A stretch of 64,000 nucleotides of DNA from an uncultured delta proteobacterium (lineage in GTDB: Bacteria > Myxococcota_A > Polyangia > Polyangiales > B10-G4), in assembly GCA_963727445.1 (NCBI GenBank), contig CAVSGI010000020.1, positions 320,001-384,000 on the forward strand, written 5' to 3'. The notes beneath the pieces are model-generated. The model was not told the origin of the DNA, ran no database searches, and saw nothing but the letters and a program-made list of their open reading frames with translations. This document shows, piece after piece, positions 9,883 through 18,555 of this stretch. The stretch's first letter is position 1, and each line of letters opens with the position of its first letter. The position numbers and the translations under genes were made by a program.

Positions 9883-10222
9883 TGCCGAACGCGTTGCCAA
9901 AGGGATCGACCACGGTCGCGAGCTTGATGCCGCCGCCGACCTCCGACACCTCGCCGTCAGCCTCTGCGCCGAGCTCCAGCAGATGCGCGCGTACGGCCGC
10001 GACGTCGTCGACGCTCCAGTACGCGACCTGCCGGGCGCGCCCCTGCGGCGGCGCTTCGCCCTCCTGCAATGGATGAAGCCCGAGCTCGTCCCCTGCCACG
10101 GTGAACCCCACGTAGTAGGGCTCGTCGTAGTTCGGCGTCAGATCAAAGGCCTTCGCATAGAAGTCCCGCGCCTTCGCGAGGTCGTCGACGAAGTACACGA
10201 CGGTTTCGATTCCCTTGAGCAT
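9851..10222 (-). CDS. VOC/glyoxalase family protein
   Basis: VDDLAKARDFY, YWSVDD, DPFGNAFGI; SD GGAGG. Confidence 0.9.
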   Translation of the reverse strand: MLKGIETVVYFVDDLAKARDFYAKAFDLTPNYDEPYYVGFTVAGDELGLHPLQEGEAPPQGRARQVAYWSVDDVAAVRAHLLELGAEADGEVSEVGGGIKLATVVDPFGNAFGIIENPKSPNR

Positions 10223-10320
10223 GTGGTGTAGCCTCCGCGCTTCGCGCATCCCGAGGGGGGGATGCCGGTCGCGCGATGCTAGCGCGAAGCGTTTGTGCTG
10301 TCGCGCGACGAGGGAGATCC

Positions 10321-11025
10321 ATGCCGGAAGAGGAACGTGCGGACTTCGAGACGCTGATCGACGGCGTGAGCCACTTCATGAAGTCGGTGCACCGCGCCGA
10401 GCAGGAGCTCTTCGAGCGTCTCGCCTCGTCGCAGAGCCCGAACACCTTCTTTCTCACCTGCTCCGACTCGCGGGTCGACCCGAGCCTGATCACCCAGACC
10501 AAGCCGGGGGAGCTCTTCGTCCTGCGCAACGCGGGCAACATCATCCCGCGCGCCGCGGCCGGCCCGACTGGCGAGGCGGCGACCCTCGAGTACGCCATCG
10601 CCGTCCTCGGCGTCCGCGACCTCATCGTCTGCGGCCACAGCAACTGTGGCGCGATGAAGGCGCTGATCCGCCCCGAGCAGGTCTTGTCCCTGCCGAACGT
10701 GAGCGGCTGGCTCCGCCACGCCTCGGCCACCCGCGGCCTCGTCGACCAGCGCTTCGCCGGCGCCAGCGACGAGCAGCGGTGGCTCGCCGCCATCGAGCTC
10801 AACGTCCTCGTGCAGATCGAGCACCTGCGCACCCACGCCTTCGCCGACGGCCGCATCGAGTCCGGCGACCTCCGCGTTCACGCCTGGGTCTACGACATCG
10901 CCGCCGGCGAGGTCCGCGCCTTCGACGCCGACTCCCATCACTTCGAACGCATCGGTGCGACGACACGCGCTCTCGAAGGCAGCCCTGTCGGCAAGCCGGT
11001 CGACTGGCCGTTCTTTAGGGGGTGA
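10321..11025 (+). CDS. Beta-class carbonic anhydrase (CynT-like)
   Basis: CSDSR, GELFVLRNAGN, CGHSNCGAM. Confidence 0.92.
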   Translation: MPEEERADFETLIDGVSHFMKSVHRAEQELFERLASSQSPNTFFLTCSDSRVDPSLITQTKPGELFVLRNAGNIIPRAAAGPTGEAATLEYAIAVLGVRDLIVCGHSNCGAMKALIRPEQVLSLPNVSGWLRHASATRGLVDQRFAGASDEQRWLAAIELNVLVQIEHLRTHAFADGRIESGDLRVHAWVYDIAAGEVRAFDADSHHFERIGATTRALEGSPVGKPVDWPFFRG

Positions 11026-11197
11026 CGGACCGAACTCGTCGAACTTGCGACCGTTCCAGCGCACCACGCCCGGGCGGCGCGGGGAGGTGGGGAAACCTGC
11101 CCTGGTGTCGCCCACCAAACTCGGCCACGAGCGGCCGGGGACGGCCTGGACCGGTCCTTGCTCATTCCAGGGGCATGCAAGACCCATCAGGTTGCTC

Positions 11198-11794
11198 GTG
11201 AGCTACCGCGACGAGCTCGCCGCTGCGCGCGCCCAGACCGAGAAGCTCGCTTCGGAGCTGGCCGAAGCCCGAGAGACGATCGCGCAGTTGAAGGCGCCGT
11301 CCGAGGCGAACCGTGCGCGCCTCCCGCGTCGGCGTCTCGAGATGTCGCGCCATCGCCGCCCTCGAGCCTTGGGACGCATGCACTTTCATCCACCGCCGAG
11401 CTACGTTCCGCTCCTCCGTCTCGTGCTCCGGGGGCCGCGCGTGGTCTGGGACCGCATTCCGCATCTGCCTCCGTCCAATGGCACTGCGCTGTCGATCGTG
11501 GCCCGCGCCGTGGTGTGGCCCTTCTTTCACCTGCTCTACATCCCGGCCTACCTGATCACGCTCCTCCTCGTGGTGGTTCCCTGGAGCTTCATCCTCGCGA
11601 CGATCGCGAGCGTCCTGCTCCTGCCCTACATTCTCTTGTCGCGCACGACCGTCTCCTCCGGTCCTCCGAAGGAAGACGAGTCTTCGATGCTCTACGGCCC
11701 ACCCACCGACGACAAAGCAGCCAGCTTCCTCTTCTTCTCGGTGGCGCCGGTGCCGATGCTCTATCCCTTCACGTTCGCGATCGCGGATTGGTGA
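11198..11794 (+). CDS. Hypothetical membrane protein with N-terminal coiled coil
   Basis: GTG start VSYRDELAAARAQ; hydrophobic segments. Confidence 0.6.
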   Translation: MSYRDELAAARAQTEKLASELAEARETIAQLKAPSEANRARLPRRRLEMSRHRRPRALGRMHFHPPPSYVPLLRLVLRGPRVVWDRIPHLPPSNGTALSIVARAVVWPFFHLLYIPAYLITLLLVVVPWSFILATIASVLLLPYILLSRTTVSSGPPKEDESSMLYGPPTDDKAASFLFFSVAPVPMLYPFTFAIADW

Positions 11795-11810
11795 CGTGTA
11801 GGATGAGGGG

Positions 11811-12806
11811 ATGCGGGGCTGCGTCGGGCGCAGGATCGGGCACGTGTGGCCGTGGGCGCTCGTCTTCTTCTGCACCCACGGTTGCGGGCGCATCGGGTAC
11901 GGGATCGGTGCGGCCGACTCTTCGGTCGTGGATGCCGCGTTGGACGCGGATATCGGCTTGGTGGACAGCGCGGTCGGCGACTCGGCGCCCGTGGACGCCG
12001 CGCCCGACGCGGGCGCTCTCGGGCCCTTCGGGCCGCCACGGCAGCTGACGGAGATCTTCGACGGCAGCCACTCGAACGAAGATCCGACGATCTCTTCGGA
12101 CGGCCTCGAGATGATCTACGTCTCGAACGACGCTCCCTCGGGCGGCGCCAACGACCTCTGGGTCACGACGCGGGCATCGATCGACGACGTGTGGGGTGCG
12201 CCTCGGGCCCTCGACATCAACAGCGGGACCAAGGATCAGACGCCGTCGCTCTCCGAGGACGGGCTCACCTTGTGGTTCTCGAGCGGGCGAGCCGGCGCCG
12301 GCGACGACGACATCTACGTCACGACGCGCTCGGCGCGCACCGCGGGGTGGACGGCACCCGTCCCCGTCGCCGAGCTAGGTACCACCCGGGAAGACCGCGG
12401 GACCTCTCCCTTCGCCGGCGGGCTTGGGTTGCTCTTCGGGCGCGCGGACGACACCAGTGGGCCTTTCGACATCTTCGCGACCGACCGCGGGTCGACCAGC
12501 GACCCCTGGTCGATGCCGGTCATGGTGACCGAGCTCGACAGCGCCGCCGACGATCGAAACCCACACGTGTCGCCGGACGGAACACGGGTCTACTTCGCTT
12601 CGGATCGTGCTGGCGGCATGGGGGGGCTCGACATCTGGTCCTCCCAGCGCGCGTCGCGCACCTCTGCATGGGAGGCGCCCTCCCGGGTCTCGGAGCTCAA
12701 CTCCACCGCCAACGACGACGACCCCACGTCCACCGCGGACCTGCGCATCCTCATCGTCTCGAGCGAGCGCGAAGGGACGTACCGCCTGTACGAGTTCCGG
12801 CGCTGA
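11811..12806 (+). CDS. PD40/TolB-like beta-propeller lipoprotein
   Basis: Repeated PxLSxDGxxLxFxSxRxG...DIY units; GCGRIGY N-terminus. Confidence 0.85.
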   Translation: MRGCVGRRIGHVWPWALVFFCTHGCGRIGYGIGAADSSVVDAALDADIGLVDSAVGDSAPVDAAPDAGALGPFGPPRQLTEIFDGSHSNEDPTISSDGLEMIYVSNDAPSGGANDLWVTTRASIDDVWGAPRALDINSGTKDQTPSLSEDGLTLWFSSGRAGAGDDDIYVTTRSARTAGWTAPVPVAELGTTREDRGTSPFAGGLGLLFGRADDTSGPFDIFATDRGSTSDPWSMPVMVTELDSAADDRNPHVSPDGTRVYFASDRAGGMGGLDIWSSQRASRTSAWEAPSRVSELNSTANDDDPTSTADLRILIVSSEREGTYRLYEFRR

Positions 12807-12827
12807 CCGCGGATGGGTTCAGAAACA

Positions 12828-14039
12828 TCAGAACAGGTCGGCGTAGTGCTCAGCCATCAGGCCGTAGTGATCCGAGAGGCGCGTCTGGACCTGCTCACCG
12901 TTCGACTCGACGTCGATGGGCTGGTCGAAGACGCGGCGGTAGCTCGCGCCGCCGCTGCAAGCCGAGGTGAAGAAGATGTGGTCGAGCCACAGCGAGGACT
13001 GCTCGGCGCAGGTCTGCTCGTTCGCTCCGTCGTCGATGCAGACGAGGGGGTTGGTGCTGCAGAAGGTGCAGACCGGATCCATCCACGGCTCGGAGTAGCC
13101 GTGCGCGAGGAAGGCGTCGTAGTGCGAGCCGAGCTCCGGCGTGATTGTGTTCGTGCCTGGGCCGGCGTTCATGTCGCCCATGAGCACGGCGCACCGGTCG
13201 TCTGCCGCCATCTCGCTGAGACGCTCGACCTGCGCCATGTGCTCCTCGGACCAGCTCGCGAAAGGCATCTCGTCGGCCGGGTAGGGCGGAACGTCGGCGA
13301 GGTCGCTGGTCATGTGCGTGCACAGCACCTCGTAGTCCTTCACGCGCGCGCTGATGACGCCCCGCCGGAGGATGCCGGTGTCGTAGTCCTCGTAGCGCGC
13401 ATCCTCGAGCGGATGCCGGCTCAGCACCAAGAGGCCGTTGCGCCCGCCGTAGGCGGTGGTCGGTGCGCGGAGCAGGCACTTCGCGGGCGAGAGCGCGTTC
13501 GCCGCGAGGCAGCGCTTGCAGTCGTCGGGGATGGACGTGTACGGGTCGCGGCACGCGCCGCCCTCGCCCACGCACTGAAAGAGCGACTGGGTCTGGCACT
13601 CGTCGTCCACGCAGCTCTTGAGGCTCCAGAGCTCGAGCGCCGAGGTGGTGCACTCGAAGTACTTGTGCTCGTTGGACACGGTCGCCTCACGAAAGCTGTG
13701 CGGGTAGACCTCGGCGAGCTCGCCCATGAGCGCCTCGGCGTCCGCGTCCTCCCAGACCTCCTGCAGGCACACGACGTCGGCGTCCGAGGAAGCGAGCGCG
13801 TCGACGATACCCGGCAGCCGCTCGGTCGCGAGCTTCACCGCGCCGTGGGCGAGCCCCAGGTTGAAGGTCGCGAAGCGCATCGGGGTCGGGCAGGCATCGC
13901 CGCAGCCCAGGGCGTCCGCCTTGCCGTCGCCGCTCGGCAGCGGCACCGGGCCGCTGGCGGGGGTGTTGGCCGCGCAGGCCGCGATCGAGAGCAACAACGA
14001 GAGCGCCGAGAGGCGCGAGCGGAAGAGAAGACGGGTCAC
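12828..14039 (-). CDS. Endonuclease/exonuclease/phosphatase (EEP) family lipoprotein
   Basis: ATFN, CLQEV, THM, GDMN, LDHIF, SDH motifs; lipobox IAAC; start uncertain (GTG 14039 or ATG 14063). Confidence 0.88.
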   Translation of the reverse strand: MTRLLFRSRLSALSLLLSIAACAANTPASGPVPLPSGDGKADALGCGDACPTPMRFATFNLGLAHGAVKLATERLPGIVDALASSDADVVCLQEVWEDADAEALMGELAEVYPHSFREATVSNEHKYFECTTSALELWSLKSCVDDECQTQSLFQCVGEGGACRDPYTSIPDDCKRCLAANALSPAKCLLRAPTTAYGGRNGLLVLSRHPLEDARYEDYDTGILRRGVISARVKDYEVLCTHMTSDLADVPPYPADEMPFASWSEEHMAQVERLSEMAADDRCAVLMGDMNAGPGTNTITPELGSHYDAFLAHGYSEPWMDPVCTFCSTNPLVCIDDGANEQTCAEQSSLWLDHIFFTSACSGGASYRRVFDQPIDVESNGEQVQTRLSDHYGLMAEHYADLF

Positions 14040-14051
14040 GGATCGCCGGAG

Positions 14052-14067
14052 TGCAGGGCGCATGCCA
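14052..14067 (-). promoter_or_regulatory. Putative sigma54 promoter
   Basis: Minus strand TGGCATGCGCCCTGCA (GG-N10-GC) upstream of GTG 14039. Confidence 0.55.
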
Positions 14068-14202
14068 CGGCGCCAGCACGAGAAAGCCAAGCCGATCAGG
14101 CCTGCAGTCGGGCTCAGCCGACCAGTGGAGTGGCCAATGAGCTTTGCCGGAGCGGCCACCGGGTGACGACCTCGTCGGCAGCGTTCGCGCTATCCTCGAT
14201 CT

Positions 14203-15030
14203 GTGCGGACTCTTCTCGGCGTGGTCATGGTCCTCGGCGCCTCGGCGTGTGGACTGTTGCTCGACGCGGATCCGCGCAACGAAGGCGCTGAGGTCGATGG
14301 CGGCGCCGAGGGCGGCATCCCCGACGCGTCCCGCGACTCCATGCGTGTCGACGCCTCGATGGACAGCGGCTTCGTCGATGGCTGTGTCGCACTGGTGGAG
14401 ATCTGCAACGGGTTGGATGACGACTGCGACGGGCGCACGGACGAGGACTTCGACTTCGCCACCGACCCGTCGAATTGCGGCACCTGTGGAACGTCGTGTT
14501 CCCTCGCCGGCGTCATACCCACCTGCATCGGCGGCGCTTGCCAGATCGTCTGTCAGGACGGATGGATGGACTGCGACGGCAACGCCGACAACGGATGCGA
14601 AGCAGACCTGTCGACCCCTCTGACCTGCGGTGACTGCGGCGTCAGCTGCGGAAGTGGGCCATGCGGAGATATCGGTGGTGTGTTCGAGTGCCTCAGCGCA
14701 TGCCCCGCGGCCGAGGAGAATTGTGGCGGCATCTGCACCGACACGTACACCGATCGCAACAACTGCGGCTTCTGCGGCAACCTGTGTCCCGACAGCGACA
14801 GCTGTGTCGGTGGCGCGTGTACGCCATCGAGCTGCGACGACCCCACGAGTTGGGGATTCGCACCCGACGCCACGTGGTCGTGCCGCGGCACCTGTGGCAG
14901 CGCCACCATCTACTGCGACTTGGATGGCATCTTCTGCCACTGCGAGCCCGTCGGCGGCACTCCAGCACGCCTCTGCACGGGCGTCAGCTCCTGCGGCGAC
15001 GCGGTCACGACGGATTGCTGCCGACCCTGA
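14203..15030 (+). CDS. Cys-rich lipoprotein with putative metal-binding motif (EICNGLDDDCDG) and Stig1-like repeats
   Basis: Lipobox ASAC; CNGLDDDCDGRTDE; TDPSNCGTCG, TDRNNCGFCG. Confidence 0.85.
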   Translation: MRTLLGVVMVLGASACGLLLDADPRNEGAEVDGGAEGGIPDASRDSMRVDASMDSGFVDGCVALVEICNGLDDDCDGRTDEDFDFATDPSNCGTCGTSCSLAGVIPTCIGGACQIVCQDGWMDCDGNADNGCEADLSTPLTCGDCGVSCGSGPCGDIGGVFECLSACPAAEENCGGICTDTYTDRNNCGFCGNLCPDSDSCVGGACTPSSCDDPTSWGFAPDATWSCRGTCGSATIYCDLDGIFCHCEPVGGTPARLCTGVSSCGDAVTTDCCRP

Positions 15031-15068
15031 GCGCTTTCCACGCCGTTGGGCGACGACTCGAACTCGCG

Positions 15069-16412
15069 TCAGAGCAAGAGGCTCGCCACGTATCCCGTCT
15101 CGACGCGTTCGCCCCGCCACTCGCTCTTGCAGGTCTGGTCGTCGATGCGCGCGCCCGCGTTTTCGTTGGCGGCGCGGAGGGTGCACAGGGCGCGGTCGTT
15201 CACGAGGGGGAGCGGCGGAGTGAGCGCGATCCGCCGGCCGTCGGGATCGCGGAAGTGGGGACGTCGGTCGCGATCGAGCGCCACGCTGAAACCGCCTTCG
15301 TGGATGAGGCGGTGGTGGAAGGGGCAGAGGAGGAGGAGGTTTTCGAGCTTGGTCTCGCCGCCCTCGAGCCAGTGCTCGAGGTGGTGGGCGTCGAGCCATT
15401 GGGTGCAGTCGCAGCCCGGGAAGGCGCAGGTGCCGTCGCGCAACAGGAGCGCCCGGCGGATGGCGGGCGGGATCGCGCGCGTGCGCCGACCGATGTCGAG
15501 GGGGTTGCCCTCGGCGTCCCGCACCACGGGCACCATGCCCGCATCGCAGACGATGCGTCGAAACGTCTCCGCGGAGACGCGCGTCCCATCGTCGAGCTCG
15601 ACGGTCGGCTTGGCCAGGAGGTCGTTTTCCTTGAGGTGCACCACGACGGTGACGCGATCGCCGCCGCTTCGTCTCGGCTCCGCCGCGCCGCCTCCCAACA
15701 GGAGCATGTCCGCGGCCTTGACCAACGCGTCCGCGCGGCCGAATCGAGGTGGCGGCCGGGTCGCTCCGGACGTCTCCGCGGAGACGTTTTCGGTCGGGGC
15801 CGGCGACGCGTGCGCGGGTGGCGGCGTCTCCGCGGAGACGTTTTCGGCAGCGGGCTGCGCCTTGCGCCGGATCTCGTCCAGCGCGCGCATGACGAGCGCC
15901 GCTTCGTCCGGGTGGAGCTGTGCTTCGATGCGCACCATGTCGCCATCGCCCGGGCGCTGCATCACCCAGCGCTGCGCCTCGCCGATCGGGCGCCCGTCCT
16001 TCTTCAGGCGCGCCGCGCTCCGGCAGATGCGCTCGAGCTGCGCCGCGGTCGCCGTCTTCGCGAAGCGCACGATCTTCTCCTCGTTGTCGGGCGTCGCCAC
16101 CCGGGTCATCGCGCGCACCTTGGAGTAGCTGAGGAGCCCCTTCGACAGCGCCGCGTCGACGAGCGGCAGCCCTCCGAGCGCGCGCGCCACCCGCACCCGC
16201 TCCCGCGCCGCTCCTGGCGTGAGCCCGCACTTCCAAGACAGCCAATGCGCGCACGAACGGATCCCCCACCCCCGCCACGCCCCGCTCTCGTCGTAGCGTC
16301 GAACGAGCGTCAGAAACCGATGCTGAGCCGCGTCCAGATGGGCGGTCAGCTCCAAGAGCTCCCGCTCGATTTCCTCGTCTTGACGAACCTTTGCAGCGCG
16401 AATACTATCCAT
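15069..16412 (-). CDS. DUF222 (13E12-repeat family) protein with C-terminal HNH endonuclease
   Basis: SCAHWLSWKCG..AARERVRVARAL; SAETFRRIVCDA; RDGTCAFPGC..DAHHLEHW..GGETKLENLLLLCPFHHRLIH. Confidence 0.92.
   Translation of the reverse strand: MDSIRAAKVRQDEEIERELLELTAHLDAAQHRFLTLVRRYDESGAWRGWGIRSCAHWLSWKCGLTPGAARERVRVARALGGLPLVDAALSKGLLSYSKVRAMTRVATPDNEEKIVRFAKTATAAQLERICRSAARLKKDGRPIGEAQRWVMQRPGDGDMVRIEAQLHPDEAALVMRALDEIRRKAQPAAENVSAETPPPAHASPAPTENVSAETSGATRPPPRFGRADALVKAADMLLLGGGAAEPRRSGGDRVTVVVHLKENDLLAKPTVELDDGTRVSAETFRRIVCDAGMVPVVRDAEGNPLDIGRRTRAIPPAIRRALLLRDGTCAFPGCDCTQWLDAHHLEHWLEGGETKLENLLLLCPFHHRLIHEGGFSVALDRDRRPHFRDPDGRRIALTPPLPLVNDRALCTLRAANENAGARIDDQTCKSEWRGERVETGYVASLLL
15564..15847. 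repeat. Three copies of perfect 16-bp palindrome CGTCTCCGCGGAGACG (15564-15579, 15771-15786, 15825-15840)
   Basis: Read directly; copies 2 and 3 extend to a 23-nt direct repeat (+TTTTCGG) with 54-nt period. Confidence 0.95.
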
Positions 16413-16507
16413 GCATTCAGTGTATCTGCGAGGCCCCTGAACGCCACCGAATTTCGGAGAAATTCGAGCCCGATCGCCTCGCGCGAGCCCACCCTATCCA
16501 CCTGACC

Positions 16508-16687
16508 GTGCAAGACGTCGCGACCGTCACCTGCCCCTACTGCTTCGAGCGCATCGAGCTCTACATCGACCCGGACACCAGCGGCGAGATGGTGCACGAC
16601 TGCGACGTCTGCTGCCGCCCCTGGACCGTCGCCGTGAGCCGCAACGACGACGGCTCCCTCCTGGTGACGGTCACGAGGGCGCAGTAG
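16508..16687 (+). CDS. CPXCG-motif small Cys-rich protein
   Basis: VTCPYCFE...DCDVCCRPW; 59 aa. Confidence 0.85.
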   Translation: MQDVATVTCPYCFERIELYIDPDTSGEMVHDCDVCCRPWTVAVSRNDDGSLLVTVTRAQ

Positions 16688-16920
16688 TCCATGAAGCCGT
16701 CCCCGTTCGAGGGGCAGTCGCCGACGCCTTCGGGGATGCAGCATGTGAAGAAGATGGCCGCACGGCCGAGCCCCTCGCAGTATTCCGTCGAGTACGGGTC
16801 TGCTGCGCGCTCGCCGTCCCGACCACAGCCGACGAGGACGAGCGAGCACAATGCCGCGAAGGCCATCATGCGCTTGATCGGAGACGTGAGCACGCGTAGC
16901 TCCCAGATGCCAATCCCCAT
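16561..16920 (-). CDS. Possible lipoprotein, probably 3'-truncated, running antisense into the CPXCG gene
   Basis: Lipobox LVGC; TGC-TACACT 6 nt upstream of ATG 16920; last ~42 codons antisense to neighbour. Confidence 0.45.
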   Translation of the reverse strand: MGIGIWELRVLTSPIKRMMAFAALCSLVLVGCGRDGERAADPYSTEYCEGLGRAAIFFTCCIPEGVGDCPSNGDGFMDYCALVTVTRREPSSLRLTATVQGRQQTSQSCTISPLVSGSM

Positions 16921-16968
16921 GACGAGAGTGTAGCAGTCGAGGCAGTGACGACTCCTGGAGCCGCACCG

Positions 16969-17389
16969 TCACCCCTCTTTGAAGCTCGTCGAGCGGGACT
17001 TCCTCCTCCTTCTGCCGCCCCTGCAACTCGCCAGAGCCGCCTCGATGTGCACTCGACGATACGGCTCCCTCGGCGAGAGGTGTTCGAGACGCGCGCTCTT
17101 GTACTCCTCGACCAGCTCGGGGGTGATGTCCCGCGGGAGCCGGTCCCCGAACACCGGGATGAGGTAGCGGTCGAGGATGTAGCAGTCGTCCCGACCGCTG
17201 CGCTTCTGCGGCACCCTCATCCGCTTCCAGTAGTTCGCGAGGTCCTGGAAAGTCTTGCCTCGCGCGATGGTGGCACGAAGCCCCTCACGCCTCCTTGTAG
17301 GTCTCGAAGGTCGCCGAGCGGCGCACGCCCTGCTCATCCACCCAACGAGTGCGCCAGTTGCCGCTGGGGAGTCTGTACGGTTTGGTCAT
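16969..17389 (-). pseudogene. Tyrosine integrase N-terminal remnant (arm-binding plus core-binding region), catalytic domain missing
   Basis: MTKPYRLPSGNWRTRWVDEQGVRRSATF..EA*, then shifted frame KTFQDLANYW..ILDRYLIPVFGDRLPRDITPELVEEYK..LSP; directly 3' of tRNA. Confidence 0.75.
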
Positions 17390-17564
17390 GTGGTCCCTTC
17401 TCGACCAGCGATGACCCTGGGTCTCCTGCAACGTAGGCCGCGCGGTTTGCAGGAAGGCTCGAACACCTCGTTGGCCACGTCGTGGCCACGCGGGGCTCGA
17501 TGGCGACCCCTCGATCACAAACGCCGCGACTCCAAGGGATCGGAATCACGGCGTTCGTCTGTAG

Positions 17565-17637
<73 letters not shown>

Positions 17638-17668
17638 GGGATCCCGGCTGGATGGCCGGAGGGCGGCT

Positions 17669-17697
17669 CAGATAGCCAGGAAAGGGGAGGGTGTCAA
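17669..17697 (-). promoter_or_regulatory. Sigma70-type promoter of tRNA-Thr
   Basis: TTGACA-17 nt-TATCTG on the minus strand. Confidence 0.65.
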
Positions 17698-17926
17698 GGT
17701 CGGGCGGCAGGGGGGCGTTACCTTGCGGCAAAAGGGCCGTTCCTCTTTCGTCGGCGAGCGAGACGGCGGGGGTGATGGCAGGTCGTGGGTCGCATTCGGG
17801 TCTCGAGATCCTCGAAGCGCGCGAGGGCGCCGATCGGCCATTCGAGGAGAGCCGACGCGGCGAGCGGCGTCGCAGACGAGCGAGGAACGTTCCAGAATCG
17901 TCGTCGTTCATTTAGCTTTGGCGAGG

Positions 17927-18522
17927 ATGCGAATTTGACGTGGGGACATGGGGCCTGGTGGTGGTGGCGCTGGTGGCCGTCGGCTGCCATCCCGAGCCGC
18001 CCGGCGTTTCGAACGCGGCGCTCGAGGTGAGGCTCGAGCTTCCGGCGCGGCCCACGGACGCCACCCCGGTCTACGCGCTGACGCAACCGCGGCGGGCGGT
18101 CGAAAATCCGTTCGCCGATGAGTGGGGCGGCGACGACCTGCCGGCCATCGAGCTGCTGCCGGGGATGACGACGGAGGATCACATCAGCGTGCTCGTCGTG
18201 GGACGAGGAGCTCGACCTGAACTTGAAGGTGCGCTTCTGCGTCAACCCGACGTGCACGGACATCGCGGACGACATGGCGCCGGAGCGCTGGTTCGCGCTC
18301 GAGCACCCCTTCTATCTGGGCGAGCGGACGTCGTGGACCGCGACGATCAGCGAGGTGCCTTCGGGGCGTGACACCGCCCCGTTCATCGCGCCTCGTTGCG
18401 TCATCGAAGGCTGCGCCGACGCCGAGCTCGGCAGCTACTGTCACCCGGACGACACCCACCTCTGCGAGCCGTCGCGCGGCGGCTACGTTTCGCCAGACAG
18501 CGACCGGGTCTACGAGTTGTAG
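17927..18522 (+). CDS. Hypothetical lipoprotein split by two +1 indels (~17936, ~18196)
   Basis: ATG CGA ATT (T) GAC GTG gives MRIDVGTWGLVVVALVAVGC; GTG CTC (G) TCG TGG joins to KVRFCVNP ORF. Confidence 0.6.
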
Positions 18523-18555
18523 CGACGTCGGCAGCCCCTGTGAGAGCCTCCGTCC

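Noticed and set aside
11026..11197. Possible structured ncRNA in the intergenic gap
   Set aside because: Only weak GC hairpins; no recognisable family features
15771..15847. Canonical CRISPR array
   Set aside because: Only two direct repeats, inside a CDS, no cas genes or leader; kept as a non-CRISPR finding
16955..16965. TGGAGCC as a possible att copy of the tRNA 3' end
   Set aside because: Too short and mismatched to the tRNA end
17285..17287. TGA readthrough or selenocysteine in the integrase
   Set aside because: The downstream integrase-like sequence is in another frame, so a deletion or frameshift explains it
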